Of a stretch of DNA of 64,000 nt, positions 14,444 to 27,101 are shown piece after piece. The stretch's first letter is position 1. Each line of letters begins with the position of its first letter. The notes under the pieces are model-generated. The model was not told the DNA's origin. It saw nothing but the letters and a program-made list of their open reading frames with translations, and ran no database searches. This DNA is from Eledone cirrhosa (taxonomy: Eukaryota): contig OZ024764.1 of assembly GCA_964016885.1 (NCBI GenBank), positions 3,534,001-3,598,000 of the forward strand, given 5' to 3'. Made by a program: the position numbers and the translations under genes.

Positions 14444-15130
14444 ATTGAAACCGTCTTGCACGCAATTGTACACTGGCCGGGCATAACCGACCTGTGGAAC
14501 TACGCGGAACAGCTGCTGTCACGTATGGGACAAATTCAGTTGACTGCTGTGTTCATAGTAAGGATCAAACCGCCAACTTCTTTCAAAAACGAAAGAGAGG
14601 CGGTTTTCCTCTGTACAGTGGCTATGGTGAAAAAGGTTATATGGTGGACGAGATTGAGAGGACTGAGGACAGATGCCTTTCTCTCCGGACAACAATTGAT
14701 TCCCTTCTTTAAGTATCACTTTAGAAGGAGAATCAGAGTGGAGAGAGAGGCAATGCACCCCAGTAAATTTACTGAAAGGTGGGTGAATGTGGCAAAAATG
14801 GCCCGAGTGATTGGGCCTTCTCTGTATATAAACCTGTAGGTTGAAGAAGAGAGCAAAAAGAAGAAAGGAACACTTGCACAACACGCTCCTGAAGTTGAGG
14901 GTTGTTCTATCTACGGGGTATTAAACAACCCATTTGTGGCACCTCCCCCCTATTGGGGATTTCAATTGTTAAATTTGTTTATTTCAATATTTTTACACGA
15001 CTGTATGTAAAATCCCCGGCCTATGTCCTTGAATTGTCCCCTTTTCTTGTGCACCCTTGTGGCAAATAAAGAAATATATCTATTTATCTATATCTCTATA
15101 TCTATCTGTCTATAGCTATCTATCTATCTA
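14444..15130 (+). mobile_element. Tx1 copy H (most diverged, 3' fragment)
   Basis: ETVLHAIVHW..PSLYINL*, diverged 3'UTR, GTGGCAAATAAAGAAA plus TATC tail. Confidence 0.9.
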
Positions 15131-15149
15131 TATATATATATATATATAT

Positions 15150-16790
15150 ATCATCATCATCAACGTTTAACGTCCGTGTTCCACGCTTGCATGGGTTTGG
15201 ACGGGGGTTTTCCCACTTGAGGCAAGAGTGGTTGTCTTGCTTGCATAGGACTGTCTGGCAGGTTTTCTACGGCTGGATGCCCTTCCTAACACCAACCACG
15301 TTTACAGTGTGGACTGGGAGGTTTTTACCGTGTTGCCTACACGGCCACATTACAGCGTGGACTGTCTGGCGGGTTTTCTACAGCTGGATGCCCTTCCTAA
15401 CACCAACCACATTTACAGTGTGGGGCTGGGAGGTTTTTACTGTGTTGCCTACACGGCCACATTACAGCGTGGACTGTCTGGCGGGTTTTCTACAGTTGGA
15501 TGCCCTTCCTAACACCAACCACATTTACAGTGTGGGGCTGGGAGGTTTTTACCGTGTTGCCTACACGGCCACATTACAGCGTGGACTGTCTGGCGGGTTT
15601 TCTACAGCTGGATGCCCTTCCTAACACCAACCACATTTACAGTGTGGACTGGGAGGTTTTTACCGTGTTGCCTACACGGCCACATTACAGCGTGGACTGT
15701 CTGGCGGGTTTTCTACAGTTGGATGCCCTTCCTAACACCAACCACATTTACAGTGTGGGGCTGGGAGGTTTTTACCGTGTTGCCTACACGGCCACATTAC
15801 AGCGTGGACTGTCTGGCGGGTTTTCTACAGCTGGATGCCCCTTCCTAACACCAACCACATTTACAGTGTGGGGCTGGGAGGTTTTTACCGTGTTGCCTAC
15901 ACGGCCACATTACAGCGTGGACTGTCTGGCGGGTTTTCTACAGTTGGATGCCCTTCCTAACACCAACCACATTTACAGTGTGGGGCTGGGAGGTTTTTAC
16001 CGTGTTGCCTACACGGCCACATTACAGCGTGGACTGTCTGGCGGGTTTTCTACAGCTGGATGCCCCTTCCTAACACCAACCACATTTACAGTGTGGGGCT
16101 GGGAGGTTTTTTACTGTGTTACCTACACGGCCACATTACAGCGTGGACTGTCTGGCAGGTTTTCTACAGCTGGATGCCCTTCCTAACACCAACCACATTT
16201 ACAGTGTGGGGCTGGGAGGTTTTTTACTGTTTTACCTACACGGCCACATTACAGCGTGGACTGTCTGGCAGGTTTTCTACAGCTGGATGCCCTTCCTAAC
16301 ACCAACCACATTTACAGTGTGGGGCTGGGAGGTTTTTTACTGTGTTACCTACACGGCCACATTACAGCGTGGACTGTCTGGCAGGTTTTCTACAGCTGGA
16401 TGCCCTTCCTAACACCAACCACATTTACAGTGTTGGGGCTGGGAGGTTTTTACCGTGTTACCTACACGGCCACATTACAGCGTGGACTGTCTGGCGGGTT
16501 TTCTACAGCTGGATGCCCTTCCTAACACCAACCACATTTACAGTGTGGGACTGGGAGGTTTTTACCGTGTTGCCTACACGGCCACATTACAGCGTGGACT
16601 GTCTGGCAGGTTTTCTATGGCTGGATGCCCTTCCTAACACCAACCACGTTTACAGTGTGGAACTGGGAGGTTTTTACTGTGTTGCCTACACGGCCACATT
16701 ACAGCGTGGACTGTGTGTTTTTTTGTCATGACACCTACACAACCTCATTTGTTTCGGCCTGGATGTTGTGGCACCAACATAACTTTACAT
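15150..16790 (-). mobile_element. RTE-tailed SINE with about 13 tandem 112-bp internal units
   Basis: (CAT)n tail at 15150, then the unit CTGTCTGGCGGGTTTTCTACAGCTGGATGCCCTTCCTAACACC..CAGCGTGGA repeated 15250-16710. Confidence 0.85.
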
Positions 16791-16791
16791 A

Positions 16792-16841
<50 letters not shown>

Positions 16842-17002
16842 TCAAAGAAGAGAGAAATAGGACGAAGGTAAAGAGTTACAAAAGAATTTAATCCACGTAT
16901 TAACAACCTGTTGAGTCACCTTAACGTATGTTCAGAACTTTCCTCACAACTTGTTCTACCAAGCTTTGGAATACTCCTAGTTACTGAATATATATATATA
17001 TA

Positions 17003-17513
17003 TGTTGGTGCGACAACATCCAGGCCGAAACAAATGAGATCGTGTAGGTGTCACGACAAAAAAACACACAGTCCACGCTGTAATGTGGCCGTGTAGGCAA
17101 CACGGTAAAAACCTCCCAGTCCCACACTGTAAATGTGGTTGGTGTTAGGAAGGGCATCCAGCTGTAGAAAACCTGCCAGACAGTCCACGCTGTAATGTGG
17201 CCGTGTAGGCAACACGGTAAAAACCTCCCAGACCCACACTGTAAATGTGGTTGGTGTTAGGAAGGGCATCCAACTGTAGAAAACCCGCCAGACAGTCCAC
17301 GCTGTAATGTGGCCGTGTAGGCAACACGGTAAAAACCTCCCAGACCCACACTGTAAATGTGGTTGGTGTTAGGAAGGGCATCCAGCCGTAGAAAACCTGC
17401 CAGACAGTCCTATGCGAGCAAGACAACCACTCTTGCCTCAAGTGGGACTACCCCCGTCCAAACCCATGCAAGCGTGGAACACGGACGTTAAACGTTGATG
17501 ATGATGATGATGA
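17003..17513 (+). mobile_element. Same SINE family, 3 internal units
   Basis: Reverse complement of the 15150-16790 element; (GAT)n tail. Confidence 0.85.
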
Positions 17514-17557
17514 TATATATATATATATATATATAATTAGCTATATATCTATCTTTT

Positions 17558-17599
<42 letters not shown>

Positions 17600-17682
17600 T
17601 CACAAAGGGTTTTCCCAAAATGTATACACACTTCAACAGCATTCTAATAAAAGTGTATACATTTTTTGGGGACACCGTGTAT
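17600..17682. mobile_element. Tiny Tc1/mariner-type MITE relic
   Basis: Imperfect inverted ends GGGTTTTCCCAAAATGTATACAC / GTGTATACATTTTTTGGGGACACCGTG|TA. Confidence 0.5.
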
Positions 17683-18526
17683 ATACAGAGGTAGAGAGAG
17701 ATGGAGAGGAGATGGGGAGAGGGGTGAGAGGAAGAGATAGAGAGGAGAGGGGGAATAGGGAGAGAGAGAGGGGGTAGATAGAGAGGGTAGAGAGGGAGAG
17801 AGAGAGATAAAGAGAGAGGGGGAGAGAGGGAGAGTGGTGTGTTAGCCATATCATCTACCATGTCCCCCTATTCCCTTACCATGTTTTTCCCCAGGGGTGG
17901 GGCAACAATAAGTCTATTAGGTACTTTACATTTGATGCAATGCCTTGCCTACCCCATCTACCCTTTACCAGTATTTATATAAGTGTTTTTTTTATGCCAA
18001 ACTGACTGCTTCTATATACACACACACACACATATATATATATACACACAAACACACACGCGCGCGGCTAAAAGTCTGATTGTTTGCTTGCTTCTCTGTA
18101 ATGTAATACAGCCAAAAGGGTACATAATGGGAAAATACTTTGAAAGGAAGTTGTCCCTGAAATGGGAATACAAATGGAATAAAACAAGTTTTGAGTAAAT
18201 TGGAGCTCGGGTGACCGAGATATGGGGTTTACTGAGTACCTTCATAAATATAGAGAGAAGGTTAGAAAGGAAGAGATAGTGGTTGTGAGACTGTAGATTG
18301 AAAGAGAGACATAGAGAGGAAAGAGAGAGAGGGAGAGAGAGAGAGAGAGAGAAGGAGAATGGAAGAGAGACAGCTGGTGGTGGTGTTGTGTGTGTGTATA
18401 ACACTTTTTGTGTATAACACTTGTTGTGTGTGTGTGTGTAACATTTTTTCACGCTTAGAGTTGCTGAAGCATGGAACAAACTACCTGCGTCAGTTGTTAG
18501 CTGTCGAAACACTGCATCCTTTAAAC

Positions 18527-19260
18527 CAAAGGTTCTCAACGGGGGGGCATATTCACCCCCCCCCCCCCCCCCCCCGGGGGGGGGGGCGTTTCGGAACTCC
18601 AGGGGGGCGTTTGGGAGCAAGGTCGTGTTAGGGGGGCATTTGGAGCTGGGGGAGGGGGGTTAGGGGGCGCTGGAAGGCTCCTTATTTTGGTAAGTTTTAT
18701 AAGCCATATTTGTATGTCTTTGAGACAGCCAGTGTGGATGCATTTGAATGAGCTTGCATAACTATAGTCTGACCTCAGCTGTGAGCAGGTGTGCAGGCAT
18801 GTCTGGTAATTGAGACGTTAACCGGTAATTGAGATCCTAAAAATGGAAAAACCCACAGTCAACTGGGTCAAAGACACTTTGGGCGCAGCCAGTTAGAATC
18901 TTATCTTTCCTTCACCGATAACAATGTATTTCATGTCTGAAATTATTGACTCAACCGTAACGAGTTAACACTATGTAGATCTATTTTATTCCCTATTGTA
19001 TAAATAATATTACAAATAAAAAAAAAAAGAAAAGAAAAAACAGAAGCGAGTAGCACACACATCTAGGACCACATGCAACACATAATCAGATAATACACAC
19101 ATCTTTGGAATATTGTTAATCAATTTTTTAGTAATCTACTGATATAAAAATCAGTAGTATATTGAAAAATGGAAAAATAGAGGGGGGCGGGGGGGGGGGG
19201 CGTTTCGTGATTTCGAGGGACAAAAGGGGGCGTTTGGCCTAAATGGGTTGAGAACCTGTG
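18527..19260. mobile_element. hAT (Charlie-like) MITE
   Basis: TIRs CAAAGGTTCTCAAC / GTTGAGAACCTGTG; perfect 8-bp TSD CTTTAAAC at 18519-18526 and 19261-19268. Confidence 0.9.
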
Positions 19261-19269
19261 CTTTAAACC

Positions 19270-20801
19270 CTCCATGGAACAAACTACCAGCATCAGTTGT
19301 TAGCTGCTGAGACACTGCATCCTTTAAAACCTCCATGGAACAAACTACCTGCATCAGTTGTTAGCTGCTGAGACACTGCATCCCGTAAAACCTCCATGGA
19401 ACAAACTACCTGCATCAGTTGTTAGCTGTCGAGACACTGCATCCCGTAAAACCTCCATGGAACAAACTCCCTTCATCAGTTGTTAGCTGTCGAGACACTG
19501 CATCCTTTACAACCTCCATGGAACAAACTACCTGCATCAGTTGTTAGCTGTCGAGACACTACATCCTTTAAAACCTCCATGGAACAAACTACCTGCATCA
19601 GTTGTTAGCTGTTGAGACACTGCATTCTTTAAAACCTCCATGGAACAAACTACCTGCATCAGTTGTTAGCTGTTGAGACACTGTATTCTTTAAAACCTCC
19701 ATGGAACAAACTACCTGCATCAGTTGTTAGCTGTTGAGACACTGCATTCTTTAAAACCTCCATGGAACAAACTACCTGCATCAGTTGTTAGCTGTTGAGA
19801 CACTGCATCCCGTAAAACCTCCATGGAACAAACTACCTGCATCAGTTGTTAGCTGTCGAGACACTGCATCCTTTACAACCTCCATGGAACAAACTACCTG
19901 CATCAGTTGTTAGCTGTTGAGACACTGCATTCTTTACAACCTCCATGGAACAAACTACCTGCATCAGTTGTTAGCTGTTGAGACACTGCATTCTTTAAAA
20001 CCTCCATGGAACAAACTACCTGCATCAGTTGTTAGCTGTTGAGACACTGCATTCTTTAAAACCTCCATGGAACAAACTACCTGCATCAGTTGTTAGCTGT
20101 TGAGACACTGCATTCTTTAAAACCTCCATGGAACAAACTACCTGCATCAGTTGTTAGCTGTTGAGACACTGCATTCTTTAAAACCTCCATGGAACAAACT
20201 ACCTGCATCAGTTGTTAGCTGTTGAGACACTGCATTCTTTAAAATCTCCATGGAACAAACTACCTGCATCAGTTGTTAGCTGTTGAGACACTGCATCCCG
20301 TAAAACCTCCATGGAACAAACTACCTGCATCAGTTGTTAGCTGTTGAGACACTGCATTCTTTACAACCTCCATGGAACAAACTACCTGCATCAGTTGTTA
20401 GCTGTTGAGACACTGCATTCTTTACAACCTCCATGGAACAAACTACCTGCATCAGTTGTTAGCTGTTGAGACACTGCATTCTTTAAAACCTCCATGGAAC
20501 AAACTACCTGCATCAGTTGTTAGCTGTTGAGACACTGCATTCTTTAAAACCTCCATGGAACAAACTACCTGCATCAGTTGTTAGCTGTTGAGACACTGCA
20601 TTCTTTAAAACCTCCATGGAACAAACTACCTGCATCAGTTGTTAGCTGTCGAGACACTGCATCCCGTAAAACCTCCATGGAACAAACTACCTGCATCAGT
20701 TGTTAGCTGTCGAGACACTGCATCCCGTAAAACCTCCATGGAACAAACTCCCTTCATCAGTTGTTAGCTGTCGAGACACTGCATCCTTTTTAAACCTCCA
20801 T
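19270..20801 (+). repeat. 61-bp tandem array (about 25 units) derived from the CR1 ORF2 end
   Basis: Unit AAACCTCCATGGAACAAACTACCTGCATCAGTTGTTAGCTGTTGAGACACTGCATTCTTTA. Confidence 0.95.
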
Positions 20802-21001
20802 ACTTCCTGAGATTCACCAACACTACACCTAATATCCCCCTCCACACACACACACATGTATATCAAGACTCATACACTGTTCACTTCCCTGACATTTGTA
20901 TATTATTCTATGTACTGTACATGCACCTTTGACGAGTTGTAGTGCACCTGAACACTGTACATAATAATTTCATTGTGTTTATATATATATATATGTTTCT
21001 A

Positions 21002-21497
<496 letters not shown>

Positions 21498-22273
21498 TAT
21501 ATATATAAGATGTTGTAGTTTGCTTGAAGGAATATAAAGTTAACCCTTTAACATTTACATTACTCTATATATACTATTGTATTTTCACAGTAAAGGCTTT
21601 ACCTCACATAATATCTCACATAACATTTACATTACTCTATATATACTATTGTATTTTCACAGTAAAGGCTTTACCTCACATAACATTTACATTACTCTAT
21701 ATATACTATTGTATTGTCACAGTAAAGGCTTTACCTCACATAATATCTCACATAACATTTACATTACTCTATATATACTATTGTATTTTCACAGTAAAGG
21801 CTTTACCTCACATAATATCTCACATAGCATTTACATTACTCTATATATACTATTGTATTGTCACAGTAAAGGCTTTACCTCACATAATATCTCACATAGC
21901 ATTTACATTACTCTATATATACTATTGTATTGTCACAGTAAAGGCTTTACCTCACATAATATCTCACATAACATTTACATTACTCTATATATACTATTGT
22001 ATTGTCACAGTAAAGGCTTTACCTCACATAATATCTCACATAACATTTACATTACTCTATATATACTATTGTATTTTCACAGTAAAGGCTTTACCTCACA
22101 TAATATCTCACATAACATTTACATTACTCTATATATACTATTATATTTTCACAGTAAAGGCTTTACCTCACATAATATCTCACATAACATTTACATTACT
22201 CTATATATACTATTATATTTTCACAGTAAAGGCTTTACCTCACATAATATCTCACATAACATTTACATTACTC

Positions 22274-24361
22274 TGTAGTGGTTGTCTCCCTTGTTTTGAT
22301 TGGGATCTAGACGGGAGGTGGAACCCTTTCTGCGACTTCCGGTCAGAGCCCTATAAAACTAACAACTTTAAGCTTCCTTTCTCTCTTTGCCTTTTCGGCA
22401 CCAGGACAAGAGCCTCTCATTTGGCTCTGCCATTAATTTGGCCAACAGGCGCCTGGCCTTAGCCAGGCGCCCTCTGCCAGCCGCGTTTGCCTGGCAATCA
22501 AAACGGTAACTACTAACTTTGTTTCATTCTAACATCTATCTTTGACATGTCAAGTATACTATCTACCGTTAATTAAATATTATACACACAAACCATGTCT
22601 CGTTTTGTTACTACCCATTTCACCTAGTATCCTCGCTATATTGGTAACCTTAACGTGATACGAACACGCAGCCGTTCATCGCTATAAGTGGTCACCCCCA
22701 AAAAAGAAAAAAATAGCACATCTGGTTTCGTGTGAGTAACATTACGAATACACAGCAAATTTAGCGACAAACTATGAAAATACTCAAGGACACGCACACA
22801 CGTACATGTGGAATTCGCACAGACAGACTTTTTCTCTCACGCATCAATTAACTGTCGCATTTCACCAATATATATATATATGTTTCTCGTTTCTTACAAC
22901 GAACACTTTCAAAACAAAAAAAAAAAAAAAAACATTTCACGATATATATATATGTTTCTCGTTTCTTACAACGAACTCTTTCAAAACAAAAAAAAAAAAA
23001 AGAAATTTGATATTCTTTAAAAAACATTTCAACAGGAACATTTATTTTCGATGAACCATTGCCTTTTTGTTCATCGTTTTGTTCATCGTTCAAGTTTTTT
23101 GTTTTTTTTTCCCAAAGTTCACACCAATAATTATGCTGATTGAAGCCTTTCTTTTTCATCATTGTCACTTTCAAAATTGCACTATCATTTTCTCGCGCGT
23201 TAGAAATATTTTTTTTCAACCTTGTATTGGCATGTGTAGGCAGCATAAATTCTCGATTCACTGAGATGTCTCTACTCACAGACAGCCGCACGCCAGAGAT
23301 AGCATTTCTCCCCCAAGGATTCTTCAGCCTTAAGCTATATTCTTCTATTTGCCGGTTTATAAATTTACAATGTAAATTTACCGTTGATAACCGCGCATTT
23401 ATTAAGAATGCTTATTTCTCTGGTCGCTGGCCTCTTGACCCTTCCAGGTCAACGCATTCTCAACATCGACCATCAACTTCGGCTGCTATTTCTAGCACTT
23501 TGCGCAACTCATTTTTTCTAAAAAAAAATTTTTTTACTGTGAATTTAAACACCGAATACGCTCACTCAGCGAGGCAACAGCAATATAACAGCAACAGCAA
23601 TACATCAACACAGCTTCACCAAAGCCAGAGAATTTATTTTTGCAGCACTCTTCCTGTGAGAAAATCCATTCGGAGGTTGGAAATTTCACGATATACCACA
23701 GAACAGAAACCACCTGCATTCATTCTCTGGAACACACTTTCTTTCTTGCTGTCATGTGATTGCACACCTGTGAACTATATTTTGAACTTTGAGCTCTTCT
23801 ATTACTTTTACTTTATTACATTGTATCTTTGGGTGATGGATAGATGGATGTCCAGTCGTTCTCTGGCCAAGAGCGGTTGGCTACCTTGATATCTATCATT
23901 GATTTTTCCAAACATTCTTTTGTCGTAATTTTCATGCCTGTTACAACATTCTCGCCAACTTGCTACATATTTTCATTTCGATTTTTATACACTAAAATTC
24001 TGGCGGGAGGTTATGTAGCGGTTGTCTCCCTTGTTTTGATTGGGATCTAGACGGGAGGTGGAACCCTTTCTGCGACTTCCGGTCAGAGCCCTATAAAACT
24101 AACAACTTTAAGCTTCCTTTCTCTCTTTGCCTTTTCGGCACCAGGACGAGAGCCTCTCATTTGGCTCTGCCATTAATTTGGCCAACAGGCGCCCTCTGCC
24201 AGCCGCGTTTGCCTGGCAATCAAAACGGTAACTACTAACTTTGTTTCATTCTAACATCTATCTTTGACATGTCAAGTATACTATCTACCGTTAATTAAAT
24301 ATTATACACACAAACCATGTCTCGTTTTGTTACATTCATACAACCCAGTAATCTCGCTATA
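22274..24361 (+). mobile_element. Non-autonomous Gypsy-type LTR element, copy 1
   Basis: LTRs 22274-22640 and 24014-24361 (TGTAGYG..CGCTATA); PBS TGGTAACCTTAACGTGAT resembling the tRNA-Trp PBS TGGTGACCCCGACGTGAT; purine-rich GGCGGGAGG before the 3' LTR; 4-bp TSD ACTC; no RT or integrase core recognisable. Confidence 0.85.
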
Positions 24362-25013
24362 ACTCTATATATACTATTGTATTGTCACAGTAAAGGCTTT
24401 ACCTCACATAATATCTCACATAACATTTACATTACTCTATATATACTATTGTATTGTCACAGTAAAGGCTTTACCTCACATAATATCTCACATAACATTT
24501 ACATTACTCTATATATACTATTGTATTGTCACAGTAAAGGCTTTACCTCACATAATATCTCACATAACATTTACATTACTCTATATATACTATTGTATTG
24601 TCACAGTAAAGGCTTTACCTCACATAATATCTCACATAACATTTACATTACTCTATATATACTATTGTATTGTCACAGTAAAGGCTTCACCTCACATAAT
24701 ATCTCACATAGCATTTACATTACTCTATATATACTATTGTATTTTCACAGTAAAGGCTTTACCTCACATAATATCTCACATAACATTTACATTACTCTAT
24801 ATATACTATTGTATTTTCACAGTAAAGGCTTTACCTCACATAATATCTCACATAACATTTACATTACTCTATATATACTATTATATTTTCACAGTAAAGG
24901 CTTTACCTCACATAATATCTCACATAACATTTACATTACTCTATATATACTATTATATTTTCACAGTAAAGGCTTAACCTCACATAATATCTCACATAAC
25001 ATTTACATTACTC

Positions 25014-27101
25014 TGTAGTGGTTGTCTCCCTTGTTTTGATTGGGATCTAGACGGGAGGTGGAACCCTTTCTGCGACTTCCGGTCAGAGCCCTATAAAACT
25101 AACAACTTTAAGCTTCCTTTCTCTCTTTGCCTTTTCGGCACCAGGACAAGAGCCTCTCATTTGGCTCTGCCATTAGTTTGGCCAACAGGCGCCTGGCCTT
25201 AGCCAGGCGCCCTCTGCCAGCCGCGTTTGCCTGGCAATCAAAACGGTAACTACTAACTTTGTTTCATTCTAACATCTATCTTTGACATGTCAAGTATACT
25301 ATCTACCGTTAATTAAATATTATACACACAAACCATGTCTCGTTTTGTTACTACCCATTTCACCTAGTATCCTCGCTATATTGGTAACCTTAACGTGATA
25401 CGAACACGCAGCCGTTCATCGCTATAAGTGGTCACCCCCAAAAAAGAAAAAAATAGCACATCTGGTTTCGTGTGAGTAACATTACGAATACACAGCAAAT
25501 TTAGCGACAAACTATGAAAATACTCAAGGACACGCACACACGTACATGTGGAATTCGCACAGACAGACTTTTTCTCTCACGCATCAATTAACTGTCGCAT
25601 TTCACCAATATATATATATATGTTTCTCGTTTCTTACAATGAACACTTTCAAAACAAAAAAAAAAAAAAAAACATTTCACGATATATATATATGTTTCTC
25701 GTTTCTTACAACGAACTCTTTCAAAACAAAAAAAAAAAAAAGAAATTTGATATTCTTTAAAAAACATTTCAACAGGAACATTTATTTTCGATGAACCATT
25801 GCCTTTTTGTTCATCGTTTTGTTCATCGTTCAAGTTTTTTGTTTTTTTTTCCCAAAGTTCACACCAATAATTATGCTGATTGAAGCCTTTCTTTTTCATC
25901 ATTGTCACTTTCAAAATTGCACTATCATTTTCACGCGCGTTAGAAATATTTTTTTTCAACCTTGTATTGGCATGTGTAGGCAGCATAAATTCTCGATTCA
26001 CTGAGATGTCTCTACTCACAGACAGCCGCACGCCAGAGATAGCATTTCTCCCCCAAGGATTCTTCAGCCTTAAGCTATATTCTTCTATTTGCCGGTTTAT
26101 AAATTTACAATGTAAATTTACCGTTGATAACCGCGCATTTATTAAGAATGCTTATTTCTCTGGTCGCTGGCCTCTTGACCCTTCCAGGTCAACGCATTCT
26201 CAACATCGACCATCAACTTCGGCTGCTATTTCTAGCACTTTGCGCAACTCATTTTTTCTAAAAAAAAATTTTTTTACTGTGAATTTAAACACCGAATACG
26301 CTCACTCAGCGAGGCAACAGCAATATAACAGCAACAGCAATACATCAACACAGCTTCACCAAAGCCAGAGAATTTATTTTTGCAGCACTCTTCCTGTGAG
26401 AAAATCCATTCGGAGGTTGGAAATTTCACGATATACCACAGAACAGAAACCACCTGCATTCATTCTCTGGAACACACTTTCTTTCTTGCTGTCATGTGAT
26501 TGCACACCTGTGAACTATATTTTGAACTTTGAGCTCTTCTATTACTTTTACTTTATTACATTGTATCTTTGGGTGATGGATAGATGGATGTCCAGTCGTT
26601 CTCTGGCCAAGAGCGGTTGGCTACCTTGATATCTATCATTGATTTTTCCAAACATTCTTTTGTCGTAATTTTCATGCCTGTTACAACATTCTCGCCAACT
26701 TGCTACATATTTTCATTTCGATTTTTATACACTAAAATTCTGGCGGGAGGTTATGTAGCGGCTGTCTCCCTTGTTTTGATTGGGATCTAGACGGGAGGTG
26801 GAACCCTTTCTGCGACTTCCGGTCAGAGCCCTATAAAACTAACAACTTTAAGCTTCCTTTCTCTCTTTGCCTTTTCGGCACCAGGACGAGAGCCTCTCAT
26901 TTGGCTCTGCCATTAATTTGGCCAACAGGCGCCCTCTGCCAGCCGCGTTTGCCTGGCAATCAAAACGGTAACTACTAACTTTGTTTCATTCTAACATCTA
27001 TCTTTGACATGTCAAGTATACTATCTACCGTTAATTAAATATTATACACACAAACCATGTCTCGTTTTGTTACATTCATACAACCCAGTAATCTCGCTAT
27101 A
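25014..27101 (+). mobile_element. Non-autonomous Gypsy-type LTR element, copy 2
   Basis: Near-identical to copy 1 at offset 2740, same ACTC TSD and same LTR asymmetries. Confidence 0.85.

Larger units (their letters stand above)
18440..20975 (+). mobile_element. CR1/L2-like LINE 3' fragment, interrupted by a hAT MITE and a 61-bp array
   Basis: Translates FFTLRVAEAWNKLPASVVSCRNTASFK..SILPEIHQHYT*, resembling the CR1 ORF2 C-terminus (F..RV...WN.LP..VV...S...FK), followed by a 3'UTR. Confidence 0.7.

Noticed and set aside
1455-15130. Telomeric retrotransposon array like HeT-A/TART
   Set aside because: Flanked on both sides by ordinary repeats, no telomeric repeat, and a TSD shows endonuclease-mediated internal insertion.
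19270-20801. Regular repeats resembling a CRISPR array (also the 49-, 77-, 80- and 112-bp arrays)
   Set aside because: Head-to-tail units with no unique spacers, no cas genes, eukaryotic context.
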